This document shows positions 7,801-7,925 of a stretch of 7,925 nucleotides of DNA, piece by piece. The DNA is taken from assembly GCF_006345805.1 (NCBI RefSeq), contig NW_021828724.1:1-7925 (forward strand). The letters are read 5' to 3'. Position numbers and translations under genes: made by a program. The stretch's first letter is position 1, and each line of letters starts with the position of its first letter. Origin of the DNA: Octopus sinensis (lineage: Eukaryota). The notes under the pieces are model-generated. The model had not been told where the DNA came from. It did not search any database and worked only from the letters and a program-made list of their open reading frames with translations.

Positions 7801-7925
7801 CTGAGATAGGTTCTCTTTCTTTCCCGATGAGAAGATTGCATTATTTTACACCGTTTATTCCTTTGGAATATAACCAATGTTGTCTTCGAAACATATGTCG
7901 AATGTAAAAGAATTTGAATAACACC

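Noticed and set aside
7885-7902. Small imperfect palindrome TTCG-AA-ACATATGT-CGAA
   Set aside because: Too short and bulged to be distinguished from chance.
1-7925. A novel multi-component biological system
   Set aside because: No credible protein-coding genes, operon-like organisation, TIR/LTR pairs or enzyme motifs are visible; the evidence supports only repeat architecture and a SINE.

Overview
Eukaryotic, apparently non-coding and overwhelmingly simple-sequence DNA. From memory (no search run), the element at 7441 resembles an abundant octopus tRNA-derived SINE, so a coleoid cephalopod genome is likely. Layout: (1) 1-6045 is a ~6 kb degenerate GT/GTAT/GCGT/GCAT array with hidden internal duplications at several scales (~0.34, ~1.0 and ~2.6-3.1 kb); (2) 6112-6426 is a degenerate (GAT)n block that reads as poly-Asp on +; (3) 6484-7046 is a CA-rich tract of opposite polarity with a ~62-bp minisatellite; (4) 7049-7320 is a pyrimidine-rich stretch with (CTT)5, (GTCT)n and (CT)27; (5) 7441-~7767 is a tRNA-derived SINE with an internal microsatellite, ending at a hairpin; (6) the rest is a short unique AT-rich tail. 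Nearly all supplied His/Thr or Val/Cys ORFs are artefacts: alternating purine-pyrimidine DNA cannot encode a stop codon. I found no convincing gene and no novel multi-gene system; the noteworthy signals concern repeat architecture.
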